NCBI GenBank assembly: GCA_034780895.1
Contig: JAUZTB010000098.1
Location: 89,426,175 to 89,490,174, forward strand
From: Rhynchobatus australiae
Taxonomy: Eukaryota
Reading direction: 5' to 3'
Length of the DNA: 64,000 nucleotides
Shown: one piece after another, positions 13,041 through 26,714 of the stretch
Numbering within the stretch: position 1 is the stretch's first letter
How the letters are laid out: every line of letters begins with the position of its first letter
Notes under the pieces: model-generated
Told to the model about the DNA's origin: nothing
Seen by the model: the letters and a program-made list of their open reading frames with translations, nothing else
The model's database searches: none
Translations under genes and position numbers: made by a program

Positions 13041-14609
13041 GAATGACATCACGACTAGGACAACATGCACATTTTAATTAAGTTTCAACATTTTGTTGAG
13101 TTTCATCATCTTTCAAGAAAGCTCTGAAAGATTCCGTGATTCAGTCAAATATCATGCTATGGTTACTGAGCCTGTCAGATCAGAAGATCCAATGGTTTGT
13201 TTGTCAGGCTGAATTATATTAAATCAGTCACAGGAGCAGCCAGACTTAGAAATGGATTTGATATCCCTGGGCTAGGAAAGTACTCAAGAAAAACTAACCC
13301 CACTTATAGTGCCAATATCAAGCCACCAACAACTGAAATTCATATTTTAGTAAATTCAAATATGAACTTTAGTAGACTCCCAATGAAACCAAAGGAATCA
13401 AATTAATTTAACCAGAAATTTTCAAGAAAACCATTTTATTCATTTTAATGAAAAATATCATGCAATCCCAATGTGCCTTCCATAATGAACCTTATTCTGA
13501 TTCTCAAATTACCAGAGAGTTGCCAATTTGGGATGATCAATATGAGAGTTTGTAAAAGATACCAACTGATTCATTTGCATTTCTTGCTGCTTTACAATGA
13601 ACATAATTCTACAGATTACAGATCTATAATAAATATTTTGAATAAACTTAATCTCATATGACACTTCTCATGGTCAAACACTGCTTCCTTCTTAACATCT
13701 ACTTAATTTCTTTACCACTCACCAATTTGTGATCTCTCCATGTTTCTGTTTATCTTTGAAACTTGTTTGCCCTCTGCACGTCCCTTATGCTTCAGTCATT
13801 GTGATATTTGAATCTTTGCTTTCAGCTATTTCTCAATCCTCTCCATTATTTTTTCTTTGTCTCACCTTCACCATGCATCTTGAATTGGAGAGGTGGCAGT
13901 GACTACATTTGTTAAAGAAGGGATGCAGGCATTTCTAGTCCATCGCTGAAACTAAAGCAGTTACCTCTTCCATAAAAAATGAAGGATAGCCTGGTTGTAT
14001 GGCAACATCCAATACTTGCATATGTAGTCCTAGTCTCCAAAATTGATGTGATAAAGCAACACTTTTGTGCATTGCAATCTGCTGGTAGCCACAGGGTAGT
14101 TCCAGTAACACTTGATGCTATCAGACTGGAATGGTAGAAAACCATTACAGCAGGTTTAAAAAAATATGTTGAGAATAATCACAGACAATCGTTTGGGAAT
14201 TAGAGAGGACTCAGCTGTTCACTATTCTTTGTTCAAAGTTGGGAAGATGAAGCAATTTGGTAAGCAAGAGTTCAAACTGCTGTGGTGCAACACAATACCA
14301 GTAACCTTACTAACAGTGTGAGTGCCAACCCTAAAAGCAATCAGCTTTTTGACTTCAGTCAATGAGATCTTGGCATTGATGCAGGTGCATGGGGCATTAC
14401 ATATGAGAAAATATAACATGTGGATAGAAGTTTGATTGATGGTCTGGAAACATATTTTTAAGACTGAATAATTATTGCTTTCAATGAAGAAGATTTGTAA
14501 GTAATGTGCATTACGTCTGTGTTGAGTCGACTTTTGCTCTGGATTTGGGCTACAAGACAGGAAACAAAGGAACAAAATCAGCAAATGTAGGGATGAGAGG
14601 AGAGGAATT

Positions 14610-14960
14610 AGACAGTTCTCAAGGAGGACAAACAGTGGTTAATTGAATGGGTAGACAAGCAATAGCTGGAACTTAATTTATTCGGAATGAAGCAACAGGA
14701 AATAGAAGTATACAGTCAAGGAACAGCTTTTAAAGGTCCAAGGACTGAACTACCTGGAGAATGATAACATAATTCCTTACAAGTGCAATTGAATAAAACT
14801 ATTAAAAATGTCAGAAAATGTTATTAATTTTATAAGTGGGACAAAGACTACCGAAACAAAGGGACTATGATTAATCTGTACAAGGTAATTATTAGGCCAC
14901 AGTTAGTGTGCTGACTAGAGCAGCATGTACCCATTAAAGGAAAGAAAATTATGTTATTTA
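14610..14960 (+). mobile_element. Old CR1 LINE RT relic
   Basis: gaatgggtagacaagcaatagctggaactt and atgattaatctgtacaaggtaattattaggccacagtta (MINLYKVIIRPQL, cf. CR1 MLxLYKxLVRPxLEY). Confidence 0.6.
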
Positions 14961-14969
14961 GATTGTATA

Positions 14970-15640
14970 ACACAGAGTCAGAGATTAATATAGGCCCTTC
15001 GGCCCATCGAGTCTATGTGACCAGGTGCCCACCCAGCTAGTCCCAATTTCCTGTGTTCGGCCCATATCCCTCTAAGCCCTGCACAATGCGATCCTATCCA
15101 AGTGCTTCTTAAGTGATACTATTGTACCTGCCTCAACCACTTCCTCTGGCAGCTTATTCCATATACTCATCACCCTCTGTGCAAAAGAAGTTGCCCCTCA
15201 GGTCCCTTTTATGTCTTTCTCCTTTCACCCTAAATCGATGCCCCCCAGTTTTGGACTCCCCTACCCTGGGGAAAAGACTTTTACCATCCACCTTAGCTAT
15301 CCGTCTCATAATTTTAAACATTTATATAAGGTCGCCCCTAATTCTCCTGCCTTCCGAGGAATAAAGACCCAGCCTGGCCAACTTCTCCCTATAACTCAGA
15401 CCCTCTTGTCCTGGCAACATCCTCGTAAATCTTTTCCGCACTCTTTCAAGTTTAACCACATCTTTCCTTTAATACGGTGACCAAAACTGTACACAGTACT
15501 CCAAGTGTGGCCTCACCAATGACTTATACAACTGCAACATAATGTTCAAACTCTTATACTCACTGCCCTAACTGATGAAGGCCAGCATACTAAATGCCTT
15601 TTTTGCCACCCTGTCTACCTGTGACGCCCCTTTCAATGAA
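14970..15640 (-). mobile_element. HER_LINE/CR1 3' fragment
   Basis: ggcccttcggcccatcgagtc terminus; ccaaaactgtacacagtactccaagtgtggcctcaccaa is antisense LVRPHLEYCVQFW. Confidence 0.9.
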
Positions 15641-16269
15641 ATGAGATCATCAATGATGATCATTATTATGAGAAAAGTCCTGAGAAATTTGTAATATTTT
15701 CACTGGCATAAAGATGATGAAGGAAAATTTAGAGTTTCAAAATACAAAGCATTATTCAGCAAAACAAATATCTCCTTCGATTGTGGAAGTCGGTGAGAAG
15801 CATAAAAATACTAAAGTTGTCAACAAACGTGAAAAGAAAGATTCATGGAGACTTCCTGTTATGGATGATTGTAAGAACACGAGGACCTCGAAAACTTGGC
15901 TGTACCTGTCACAGTGTAATAGTCAGTTGTGACGTGCGATTGTTCAGTAGTACACAAGGTCCGGGGCTACTGAAAAAGCGAAACATGAAAAAGGGTCAGT
16001 GTGGAGTGTGCAGACAAAATCAGGTAACTCAGGGCCTTGTCCAGTATGTGGGAAGTGGTATTTCAGAGGAGGGAAAGAGCTTGGAGGAGTGATCAGGGTG
16101 TGGGTCAGTGATTAGGTTGGTGCTGTTCTGTAAGTGGAGGGATCAGAGTCGTGATTGACACTGGGGTAAACTATCAGGGATTATTAGACTATGAAGGCGT
16201 CATTGAGTGAACTGGAGTGTGAGTAGGAGAGGATCAAAATGAGTGAGTGCGAGTGGCAGTTTAGACATC

Positions 16270-16448
16270 GAAATTGAAGTCAAATTTATTTTCATATGCA
16301 TAGGTGCAATGAAAAACTTACTTACAGCAGCATCACAGGCACATAGCATTAAGAGGCACAATATTCATAAGAAAAACATAAATTATACAAAATTATACAA
16401 GACAGAATACGATTAGAACAAAAAAAAACAAAGTTCATTGTAGTGCAA
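16270..16448 (-). mobile_element. LINE 3' UTR tail (Rex1/Babar-like), running into a gap
   Basis: tttattttcatatgcataggtgcaatgaaaaacttacttacagcagcatcacaggcacatagcat resembles the antisense tails of the other Rex-type copies. Confidence 0.55.
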
Positions 16449-19356
16449 NNNNNNNNNNNNNNNNNNNNNNNNNNNNNNNNNNNNNNNNNNNNNNNNNNNN
16501 NNNNNTGAATGGTGTAATCCATGATTGGATTCAGGTAGGACAGCAGACCGATGGATGGAGTAGGTTACAAGTGGAGTGGGCTGTGGTTAATACCGTGTGC
16601 GGCGGGAGGAAGTGAGGGAGGGCAGGATAAGTAAGTTATTCTGAAGAAATGTACCTGAGGCAGATTCCCAGTACAGTCCTGAGACCTGCTCAGGGAAGTT
16701 CCCTTTAAATCATGCAGAAGAAAGCATCATAAACCAGGTGAGAGCCTGCAGACATCCATCTTTGAACATCCCAGAAATAATCAAGAAATTCACAATACAC
16801 ACTGTGGGTTGTCAGGGGTCCTTGAGGGATAGTGCATCAGGTAGTTAGAGGAATTAGACCATCAGCAAAATAAAACCTGCAAACTTCGGGATCCAGGTAG
16901 TAAGATCACAATTTACAACTGTGATTCATTTTTTACAGAGATCAGATTATGTATTGTTCAAAACATGGTGCTATGTGATACAACTTCCAGTCAGTGATGC
17001 AAAGAACTGTTGAAATAGAGTCCCATCCATATTTTACCAGGAATGAGAAAATATTTGGAGCAATTAAAGAAAATGGAGATAAAGCTAGTGGGTATAGTTT
17101 CAACTACAGGAGAAATGAATCAGCACAAAAAAAGGGGCAGAACACCCACCTGTAAAATCTTATGCTANNNNNNNNNNNNNNNNNNNNNNNNNNNNNNNNN
17201 NNNNNNNNNNNNNNCTTACCATGAAGTCAGTCGGTTGGCTAATTAGCTAAACCATCAGCAAAATTAATTCACCCGCAAACAGATAAGAGGGCAATTGAGA
17301 AGTAAGAAGTTTATCCAAAGCATAAAAGAATGAAGCAGTGCACACATTGAAGTGATACAAACAAAACTCATTGTGCAGTCTGTCATTCTTACCATGCTGA
17401 ATGTATAATATTTTATTTTTGGCAAAACTGCAAGGAAGGAAATTAATTCAGTAGAAACTAATTGCAGTAGTCACTATTGCATTAGAAGGCAACAAAATAG
17501 CATGGAAGGCAAAATCTTGTTGTAAATATACAAGAAAATATCTGAATAGGAAGATATAAATTACAAGTCTTGGAGAGGAGGTAAGGAAGGGGAAGAGGAG
17601 AATGAGGTGGAGAGCACACCACAAAAGCTGTCAGGAAAATAAATCTTATGACTTGAGGAATTGCAGCCTTGACCAGAAAAGCTGGTTGTTTTCTCCCATT
17701 GTATAGAAACATCGCCAATGTCAACATCTTTTGCTTTATTTGTTTGATTTCTGTTTTCTCCTCTTCACACACAGTATGCACTCATGTATTTGTCATTAGC
17801 AGAATTGATTCTTTGCAAAGGCATCTAATATATATAAAGGTGATCTTTTAAAATCCTCTATTCATTGAGCTGAGACTGAGTCTTCCCAGTTTTTTATGGC
17901 TCAAAGATAGATTGTTCTATGCAGTGTAGCGATTTATGAGAAATCAGACAATTTTCTAGGAGCAGTTTATTGGATTTATTGTTATTGGAAATTTATTACC
18001 AGGTCACTTTTTTTTTCATTTGAAGTCAAATTCCATAAAATCAGTAAGAACATGTTTGACTCAGTGCTCTTATCCTCCTCCTTGGGTGGGCAGATTAGCA
18101 GGGAGACTCGTTTCCAGTCCAGCCACTACCAGGCAGTTTGCGATTCTGCCTAAGCACATCTGGGCTTTATATCAGTCCTTTAATTAATCCTCAGTGAAAG
18201 CCAAGCTGTGACAGTTTGACTGGGTAGGCTCCAATTTCGGACAGGTCTTGATTTATTATGGCTGAGTTTCAACTAACTTTGATTTATTTCATCTTTGGGG
18301 AGGGAGGTTCAGCAGTAAACAGAAAGGCACCATTGGATGCAGTGGATGTCAGCATAGGAAGCACCTCCAGATTCCACTGCTCAAACAAATTGCCAAATAA
18401 TAAACACTCTAGATAACTAAGCTTTAAACAGGTTTTCAGGCTTAAGGACCGAAAGAACACTGATAGAAGCTATACAAAATGGTTTGAAAGAATTTCAGAT
18501 TTTAGGCCTATATGTCATTCAAGGAAGCTCATCATAGCTTATCTCCTACAAAACAATAAATCCCTGGTCACTCATTAGGACTAATCATGACAGTCATCTG
18601 CAGTGTGTTACCCACAGGAAACCCAGATTGAGGTTTTCTGTTAAACCACTGCATTTGAAAAGGATGTTCCTCATTACCTTTTACTTCATCAAGGGTGGAT
18701 CACCACTAACAACCCAACACTGATAAACCTCTTTGAGTAATTAACTTAGGATATGCAGATATCCCACTGAAAAAGGGAGATTAAGTTATCACATAAAAAG
18801 TCACATGCATAAAAATCCCAATGCTGTCCTTTCTATTACAAAACAGAGAACACTAAGAAACCACAACATGACTCTTGATTATTCTTATATTCATATTCTT
18901 ATATTTTCATATAAGCATATTCTAAGCAATAACATCCCAGTATTTTAAGAAGGCATACATTGCCACTGTAGCCTAAGGTGTATACTGAGTTATCAGGCTT
19001 TTCCAGGGTACATGGAATACATCATTATGTCACAAATCAAAACCAATGATAATGACTGATGTGGTACGAGGACAAGACGCAGCCAGTGTACCCTTACTGA
19101 TCTGATCCCGATATGGATTTTAAGCAACATAATAAAGCAATTATAGGCTAGGAAATGTTTAAACACTTAACCACTTTAAAATGCCCCAGAACACTCTGCA
19201 TTGGTCTTTAAATGTCAGATCATCAGATTCATAAATCCTGAGAAAATCTAAACACACTTTACTATGAGAGGGGCAATGATTTTCACAACAGCGATCAGAA
19301 AGTTTGTAAAAGCCAGTCCTGACATTAAGCAGATAGAATTATATGTGTTTGCATGG

Positions 19357-19358
<2 letters not shown>

Positions 19359-19396
<38 letters not shown>
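19359..19396. repeat. (GT)19 microsatellite
   Basis: Direct read of 19 perfect GT units. Confidence 0.98.
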
Positions 19397-19400
<4 letters not shown>

Positions 19401-20364
19401 ACACGCTTGTGCATGCGTGCATGAGGGGATCTGGAGACGGGGGTGGGTGGGGAGGGATATTGGTTGAAGGGGGTGAGGTACTGGTGAATTTACATATCAA
19501 CCTTCTTCAGATAACACCTGCAAGAAATTTACTGATCATCATAAGCACGTAAGGCACTGTCTGGATCTGAGGAAGCTAGATTTCTGCACAGACTAAGCAG
19601 GTCTTCCTCAAGCTTATCTCAAAGGCTGTTTACTGATGCAGAGCATGATTACTAATAACTCTGTCATGCCTTTACATACAAATTCTTCTCTGGTACTTTA
19701 TTATCAGGTTTAAAAAGGTTTACCAGGAGTACATCATCTTGCAACAGCACGTAAACTATGATTCATGTTCCAAAAGATTAGTAAAATTATGTTAAGCTCC
19801 ATGAAATGTCACAAAGAAATCCCTGAATTGGCCTCACAGAGACACTGCCTTGCAAGATGATACAGCTCCTTTAAATAGGCATTTGATTTCAGCACAATAC
19901 TTCTCAGTTAAAAGACTCATAAATCATATCAGAGTCTGAAGTGCTTGCTATTCTCCTGCTGTACTCTAATTTCTGATCATAACGATAAGGAAAACACTTG
20001 AATCTGTTGGTTCCACCCATCACCAATCAACTGGCAGGCTGAATATCAACACAGTAAGTGGTAGATTAAATATAGGGTCTCTATCTTTGCGTAACACATA
20101 ACTGGGATTAATTTGGAAATAATTTTGAAGATTTTCGAAGAACACATTAAATGATGATTATTCTGAATAACTGCAAAAACGAACATATAAAATAAGAGCC
20201 ATTATAGAATGTAAGTGTAGGGTTATGGACTGGAACTGACTGGGAAATAGCAAGTTCCACACCCTTAAAAACATCTGCAATGTCAAGACTCCTGTGTGAA
20301 CATGGAAGTCCCAAATTTACTGGTCAAGCTTTCCTGGTCATTCACCTTTTTCACTTCAATGGTC

Positions 20365-20950
20365 AATTTTATTGTAAGAGGGACTGAGACGAAAGGTAAG
20401 AAAGTTTTGCTTCAACTGTACAGGGCTTTGTTGATGCCATGTCTGGAGTACTTTGTACTGTTTTGGTCTCCTTACTTATGGAGCAATATATTTGCTTTGG
20501 AGGCAGTGCAGATAAAGTTCATTTGATGGATTCCTGGGATAAAAGGGTTGTCTAATTAAAAAAAAGGTAAGTTTAATTGGGCCTATATTCTCTGGAGTTT
20601 GAATAATGAGGTGTGATTCTATTGAAACATAAGATTTTGAGTGGACTTGACAACAAGGATTCAGTGTGAATGTTTCCCCACAGGGAGAATATAGAAATGG
20701 GGGCACAGTTTTGGAGAAGGTATGAGATGAGGAGGAATTTCATCTCTTAAAGGATTATGAATCGTTGGAATTTTGTATACCAAAGAGCTGTGGTTGCTGA
20801 ATTATTAAATATATCCAAAGTTAAGCTAGACAGTTGTTGAGCTATTGTAGGCAATGGAGATTAGACAAGAACAGTTAAAGTTAATGATCAGCTCAGCATT
20901 ATTGAATCACAAAGCAGGACGAAGGGGCTATATAGATTTCTCTTGCTCTT
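20365..20950 (+). mobile_element. CR1 LINE 3' fragment
   Basis: ORF 20296-20526: KGKKVLLQLYRALLMPCLEYFVLFWSPYL...ALEAVQIKF; continues through a CR1-type 3' UTR. Confidence 0.85.
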
Positions 20951-23900
20951 GTGATGAGTCCATATGGAATAATGAGGTGGAGTACAAACAATGTATTCCT
21001 CAGGATCAGAAAAGCTGGTTACTGAAACTGTGCTGGACATTCAACAACTTAGAGAAGTATTCAAAAACATGTTAACACTTATTACAAATTCAAAATGTTG
21101 ACTGGTTCTCAAAAGTGATCAGGATTGTCCATTCAGCCCTCCCTAACAAATAGTTGCCACTGCTCTTTCAAGTGAATTTTAAGACTTTTAATAATTTAAA
21201 CATTTCTGGACTGTAGAAATGATTTTAAATGTGAACATTTTTCAATGTTAGTCTCATAGTGAAGCATCTAAAGTCCTTGACAGATTTTCCAACTGGCAAT
21301 GCCTGGAAGGTGGCTTTGAAAGCTGTCAAAGTTTTTTTCAGAAACTTCATGGGTGAGACTTGCTGTATCCTGCTCACAGGATGACATCATGTTGTACAGC
21401 ATCCTGCTACAATACAGAACCACATCATTTAGGCTCAAATTAATAATTCAAAATCAGGGGATCTGCAGTGGTTGATTTAGTTATAATTCTGTACATTGCA
21501 AGTGGCGAGAACAGACAGTTAAAAGCTAGCAGCCAGCTATTGTCCATTATTTCTCATGATGAATTGGGAATTGTATGTGGACGATGTTGTTGGGGGGGGG
21601 GGTGGTGGTGGGGTGGTGGGAGACAAACAAGTAAACCTTTTCCAACATATGACTACTACGTGGCATATAAGAGAAATATATTTGGCTCTTGGAAAGAATC
21701 TACAACTAATCACTTCGTTCAACAAGTCACCATGTATTTTATTTGAGCTCAATTACAGATACAGAAATGTATGATAATGATTATTGATCTCCTTTTGCTA
21801 ATTGCCTCTATAGTGAGAAACCCTGGAACATCAGCTGCACTTTCAAACAGATTGATTTTACTATGTCCTTATTAATATTCACTTGAGTCAACCTCACCAA
21901 AAATATATGTCCACTGAATAAATTTTTAAAAATGCCATAGTGCCCATTTGTCAGATATTTGTTTCAGTAACTTTCAGTCATTGTAATTATGTGATTATGC
22001 TTGTAAAACAGCTTTCTGAAAATGGAATTATCTAATCTAAATCCACAATGAATTATCGAAGAACAAAACAGTGTTTATCTGTGTGTCTGTGCATTATAAT
22101 AAGGTGTCATAATAGAGATTAAAACTTTTGAGTCTTTGATTTGGTTTCAGCTTTATATAATTGTGAACAGGGATAACACTGGTTAAATATGCATTCCAGT
22201 CCCAAAAAAAACAGATAAAGGAACCTGCATGGATTCACATCGCATTTTTCTGTAAACTGCCTTGCCAGTGAAATCAAGACTCAATGTGCTTTGGCTTTAT
22301 TTTACCACATGATCAACTGCCTCCTAAAGAACAGGACCCTAAGGACTGGATTAAATGTCTGGATAGTACTCTACATGCTTAAGACATTAAAAATATAATT
22401 TGACTGCAATTAATTCCAATCTCATTGTCTGGAAATCAGTTCAGCAGTTTGTGATAAGGATCTGCATCTGATTGTGAGATTTCTCTGGTCAATTTTCGTG
22501 CTATTAAGTTGACTTCTAGTTTAATTAAAGGCTTTCAGATTTTTACTATGACTGTGCTTCATAGCTAATGTTTTTCCTGCTTCCGCTCGCTGAGATAACA
22601 CATTATCTGTGGCCACTGTAATTAATCACCTTATAAGCAGTTCATTACCATATGTCTGCCACTTGGAGGAGATTCACAAAGTCCATTAGCCAAGGGAAAT
22701 ATTAAAAAGGATAGTAACTAGTTGTTACCAAAAGGGAGCACCTTTGCAACAATACACTGGTACCTCAATTTGCACTCAGCATGTGTTCCCTGGAACAAAA
22801 GCATGGATGACATCAGTGCTAAAAGGGGTCATAATAGCATTACATAGAGAGAGATGTGTTACCGATGGCATTGCTATGCTAGAAGACTGGCTCAAATTGC
22901 CCCAGAGCTGCCTGTGAGGGTTAGTGTTGTGTTGGCCAGGTGAGTGGTACAACCATTCAGCAATGAGATGTGGGTTTCAGAGTTGCATCTTGGCCGGCAC
23001 GGTGAACATGGGCCATTGCTGTGGAGAAAAGTCTTTCTCATCACTGCTGTTCGATAAGATGGAAGCTGATATCTTTCCTTCCCCTTCATTTGGCTGCATA
23101 ACTTTTCCCAGCCCAGAGACTGCTCTTTGGTATCAAGCCCAACTAAGGAGGAAGAGAGTAGCATCCATCACATGCAACAGGAGATGATGAGAGAGACCAT
23201 AGAATCCAGGCAGTCTGACAGCATATGGAGCAATCGCTGCCAGTCCCAGCAATGTCCTGTACTCACTTGTTACCTAAGAAATAGCCAAGCCCCACATCTC
23301 AGCACTGAGCAGCTACACTACTCTCTACGTCTGTCCAGTATCAACCTTCACTGGCAGGCTTTCCACACCCAGCAGTGGGGCAATTAATTACTGAATTTCT
23401 GCAACCACAGCTGCAGCAATGGCTAAGGCACGAGTCATGCCAGGTTCCTGGTAGAGCAGTGCACAACCTGAACAGATGTCTTTTTTTTCCCTCCCAAGTG
23501 CAGGGAGGCATAAACCTGTGAGATTCAAACTGAAGGATCAAAAGCACTATAACAAATCAGCACTCTGCAGGGTGGTGATAAGCCAGTGCATAGTTTTGGT
23601 AATGGACTTTTAAACATCTGGATATGCTGAATATTTCAAACTATGGTGCTTCCCTTGTCTGAATTGGGTAACTTGATCGGACTTTGGCAAGAGCCAAAGT
23701 TGTCAATTCAAAAGATGGACAATTTTCAGTTACAAGATCCTTGCCTCAGGGTCTTCTGTTTTTCAGTTTTTACAGATATGATTTGATAAATTTATCTACA
23801 CTGCATTAATATTCAGAATCCAAGACATCTCCAACAATAACTAGAATGTATTAAAAATCAGTAATTTAGTCATGTGGCTTTCTTTGAATACTAAACGTCT

Positions 23901-24134
23901 TAAATTACAAACATGGAAAAATACAGAACTAAAAAGTGTGGTTTCTCTGAATGAATGATATTTATATGGACAAATGTTATTCAGACAAGTTCAATGATCA
24001 CATTTTATATATTCCATGTAATAAACCAAAGCATATTCTATATTGAATGCAGTTACATATGTAAGCAAACCAACCAGTCTACACCACCAACCTTGAGGTA
24101 AAAGATTAATTAGTTGACACAAGGAGACATTCAT

Positions 24135-24280
24135 AGGTCAAGGAATATTTGGCCAAGCAAGAGAGGGATTCCTTTCTTCTCTTCAAATTGAGCTATTGGG
24201 ATTTTTAAGTTCCATGTGAAAAACAAAACAGAGCTTTTGACATTTCATGCAAAAGATGAGCTCTGGAAAAGTGGTTTCCT
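24135..24280 (-). mobile_element. DeuSINE-like SINE central fragment
   Basis: aatatttggccaag...ttcttctcttcaaattgagctattgggatttttaagttcca...catttcatgcaaaagatg resembles the antisense Deu-domain SINE consensus. Confidence 0.55.
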
Positions 24281-24939
24281 GGATGTCAAAAATCCACGAG
24301 ATCCAGAGAGACACTAGACTGGCAGCAGATATTTAAGAAGTTGCAAACAGAGAAACAAACTTAACCTGGAGGAGAAGGAGAGATCTAGGATAAATAGATC
24401 ATACAGCAGTAAGATGAATTGCATAGAAGCAAAGGTGACATCAGAAGAAAGAGTGGAATCTTTCTAGAGAAAGGTTACTAGCATCAGGCTGATGCAATAA
24501 AAAATGAAGAAATTAACAAAAGTTACTTTTATGTCTGAGAGATCTATGCTCAATATAATTTGGATGTGCTGCAGATACTCATATGAGTTCTATAATACAG
24601 GATACTCCCATGAGAGGTTTCAATGCTGCTCAGATTACTGAGTTAACTTTTCCTGCTTAGTATCTACCTTTACAATAGCACAATCAAGGGGATCTTAAAA
24701 TATGAGCAGAATATAGTCTTCCTTTGTGTTTTTCTTCAGACTTTTGACAGGTGAAACTGATAAACACTCTGTGAAGGGAAGGTCAATGAGAAATCAAGAA
24801 ATTATTTTACAGAAGTACCATTTCCAGCTTTATTTGAATTGCTTCCACAACACAATGCAACAAAACCATGTTCCAATATAATGATCCAAAAAAGAAAGAA
24901 AAATCTCTTTTTGCTTTATTTGCATTCAGATCAAAATAT

Positions 24940-25914
24940 TCAATCAGTCCAATTATAGCCACAATATTTGTGTGGCTGGCCCAGTTAAGTTTCTGGTTAA
25001 GAGTGAATCACAGGATGTTGATGGTGAAGAATTCAGCAATGTTTTCTGGATGTCTGTTAAAAGAACTAAATCTTCAGCAAGCATATCAACGGCCAACTTT
25101 ATGATAAAAGAAAGGACATTAATGAAACAGGTGAAGATAGTTGAGTCTAGGACATTGCCCTGAGAAATTTCTGTAGTTATCTTCTGAGACTAAACTAACT
25201 TGCCTCCCACAGCCATAAACTTTTTCACATTTGTGCAAGGTACAATTCAAGACAAAGAAGTGCATAATTCTGAATCCCAATGACTTGACTTTTACTAGGG
25301 CTCCTTGATATCACTCTCAGTTCAAAGCTTCCTTGATGTCAAAGGCAGTTTCTATCACCTCAGCCCTGTAATGAAACCTGGAGCCCAAGCATCCTGGTAA
25401 AATCGGTAGTTGGCAATGGTGAACAGGATATCGGTGAGAATGTGCTACATAAGAGTACTGTACTGTACTGGTAATGGACTGATGAGAACACAATTGGGCA
25501 GAATGGAATTGTCTTGCATTTTTTGGATAAGACATTCTTAGGAAGACTTTCACTTAATCAGGCAGAGTGCAATTATTGGAGTAACTCTGGTTTGGCATGG
25601 CTTGAGCCCAGCTTTTCTGAAGCAAAAATGTTGACCAGCAAACCCAATACGTTTTCAGGGCACATAGACTTTGCTGCAGCTGGTACAGTCAGCCATTTTC
25701 TTGATATCAAAGCAAGTGTAATACATCACTGAAAGCTGAATACTGTGATAATGGAGCCCAGTGCAGGAAACTGAGAGGGATCATCCACTTGACACTTCTA
25801 GCTGAAGATGACTGTAGGCTCCTTAACCTTATACTTGGCATTCACTCACTGAACTCTGTCATCACATGGTTATGCCATCATTGAGGATGGGCATGTTCAT
25901 GGAGCTTCCTCCTT
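24940..25914 (-). mobile_element. CR1/L2-group LINE RT region (apparently same family as 3280-5045)
   Basis: Antisense IAEFFTINIL*FTLNQKLNWASH, a decayed PQGSVLGP motif near 25140-25170, and TAFDIKEALN (cf. ALDIKAAFD). Confidence 0.75.
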
Positions 25915-26712
25915 TACAAGGTCTACAATGAGATCCTGAAAATTGTGGACCACTTTTTATATCACAGAAGGCACCTCTTAGAGAGGGCAGGCATTAATAA
26001 ATGAAATTCACAATCACTTCCAGAATACCAGCACAACTTTTTGGCTGTCTGAGGAAAGGAATGTTCAATTTTTAGAACCTTAAATTTAGCAACAAGCTCA
26101 GGATCAGATAGTAATGATCCCCAATATTCAGAATGCTTCTGAGACATGGATTACCAATTTAGGCACCTCAAACTACTGGAGAGGAACAACCAATGCTGTC
26201 TCCATAACATCTTCCATATCCATTTGCTGGATAAATGAACCAATATTAGTTTCCTCTACTAAACATTCTCCGTACTGATGCTCCAAAAATGCTCAGCTAG
26301 ATGACATTGGTTGCATGCCTGACGCTAGACTCCAGAAACAGGCACTGTACTCCGAGCTCCATCATAGCATCAGATTTATAAGAGGACAAAGAAAATGCTT
26401 CAAGGATGTTCTCAAAACTCCCTTGAAAAAATCCAATGAATTCGCTGATACATGGGAATCCCTGGCCTGGGTCAAGTCAAAAGAGAAAAGAAACATCTAA
26501 GTAGAAACTGAGTACTCAAGTGTCTTTGACAGGAGCTCACCAAAAAGACAGGAGTACATAATTCTCACACAACCAGTTGACCCACTCCATCACAGACATC
26601 TGGCGCCAGCTGTGCTGAGGTCTGAAGATTTCCCATAATCCTGATCAGCCGCCTCAATACCCAGGAGAACTGGAATATCTGTGGTCCCAAACAACTGCCA
26701 AAGAAGAACAAT
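25915..26712 (+). mobile_element. RTE-clade LINE 3' fragment inserted into the above LINE
   Basis: ORF 26315-26500 MPDARLQKQALYSEL...GQRKCFKDVLK...DTWESLA matches the RTE/BovB-type C-terminus; upstream ILKIVDHFLY; ends in an aagaagaa tail. Confidence 0.88.
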
Positions 26713-26714
26713 AC

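Noticed and set aside
15572-15580. CTGATGAAG as another hammerhead core
   Set aside because: Lies in antisense CR1 coding sequence with no helix II or downstream GAAA box.
21591-21620. G-rich run with G-quadruplex potential (similar tracts near 19440 and 34340)
   Set aside because: Simple low-complexity sequence, antisense to GMDS, with no supporting context.
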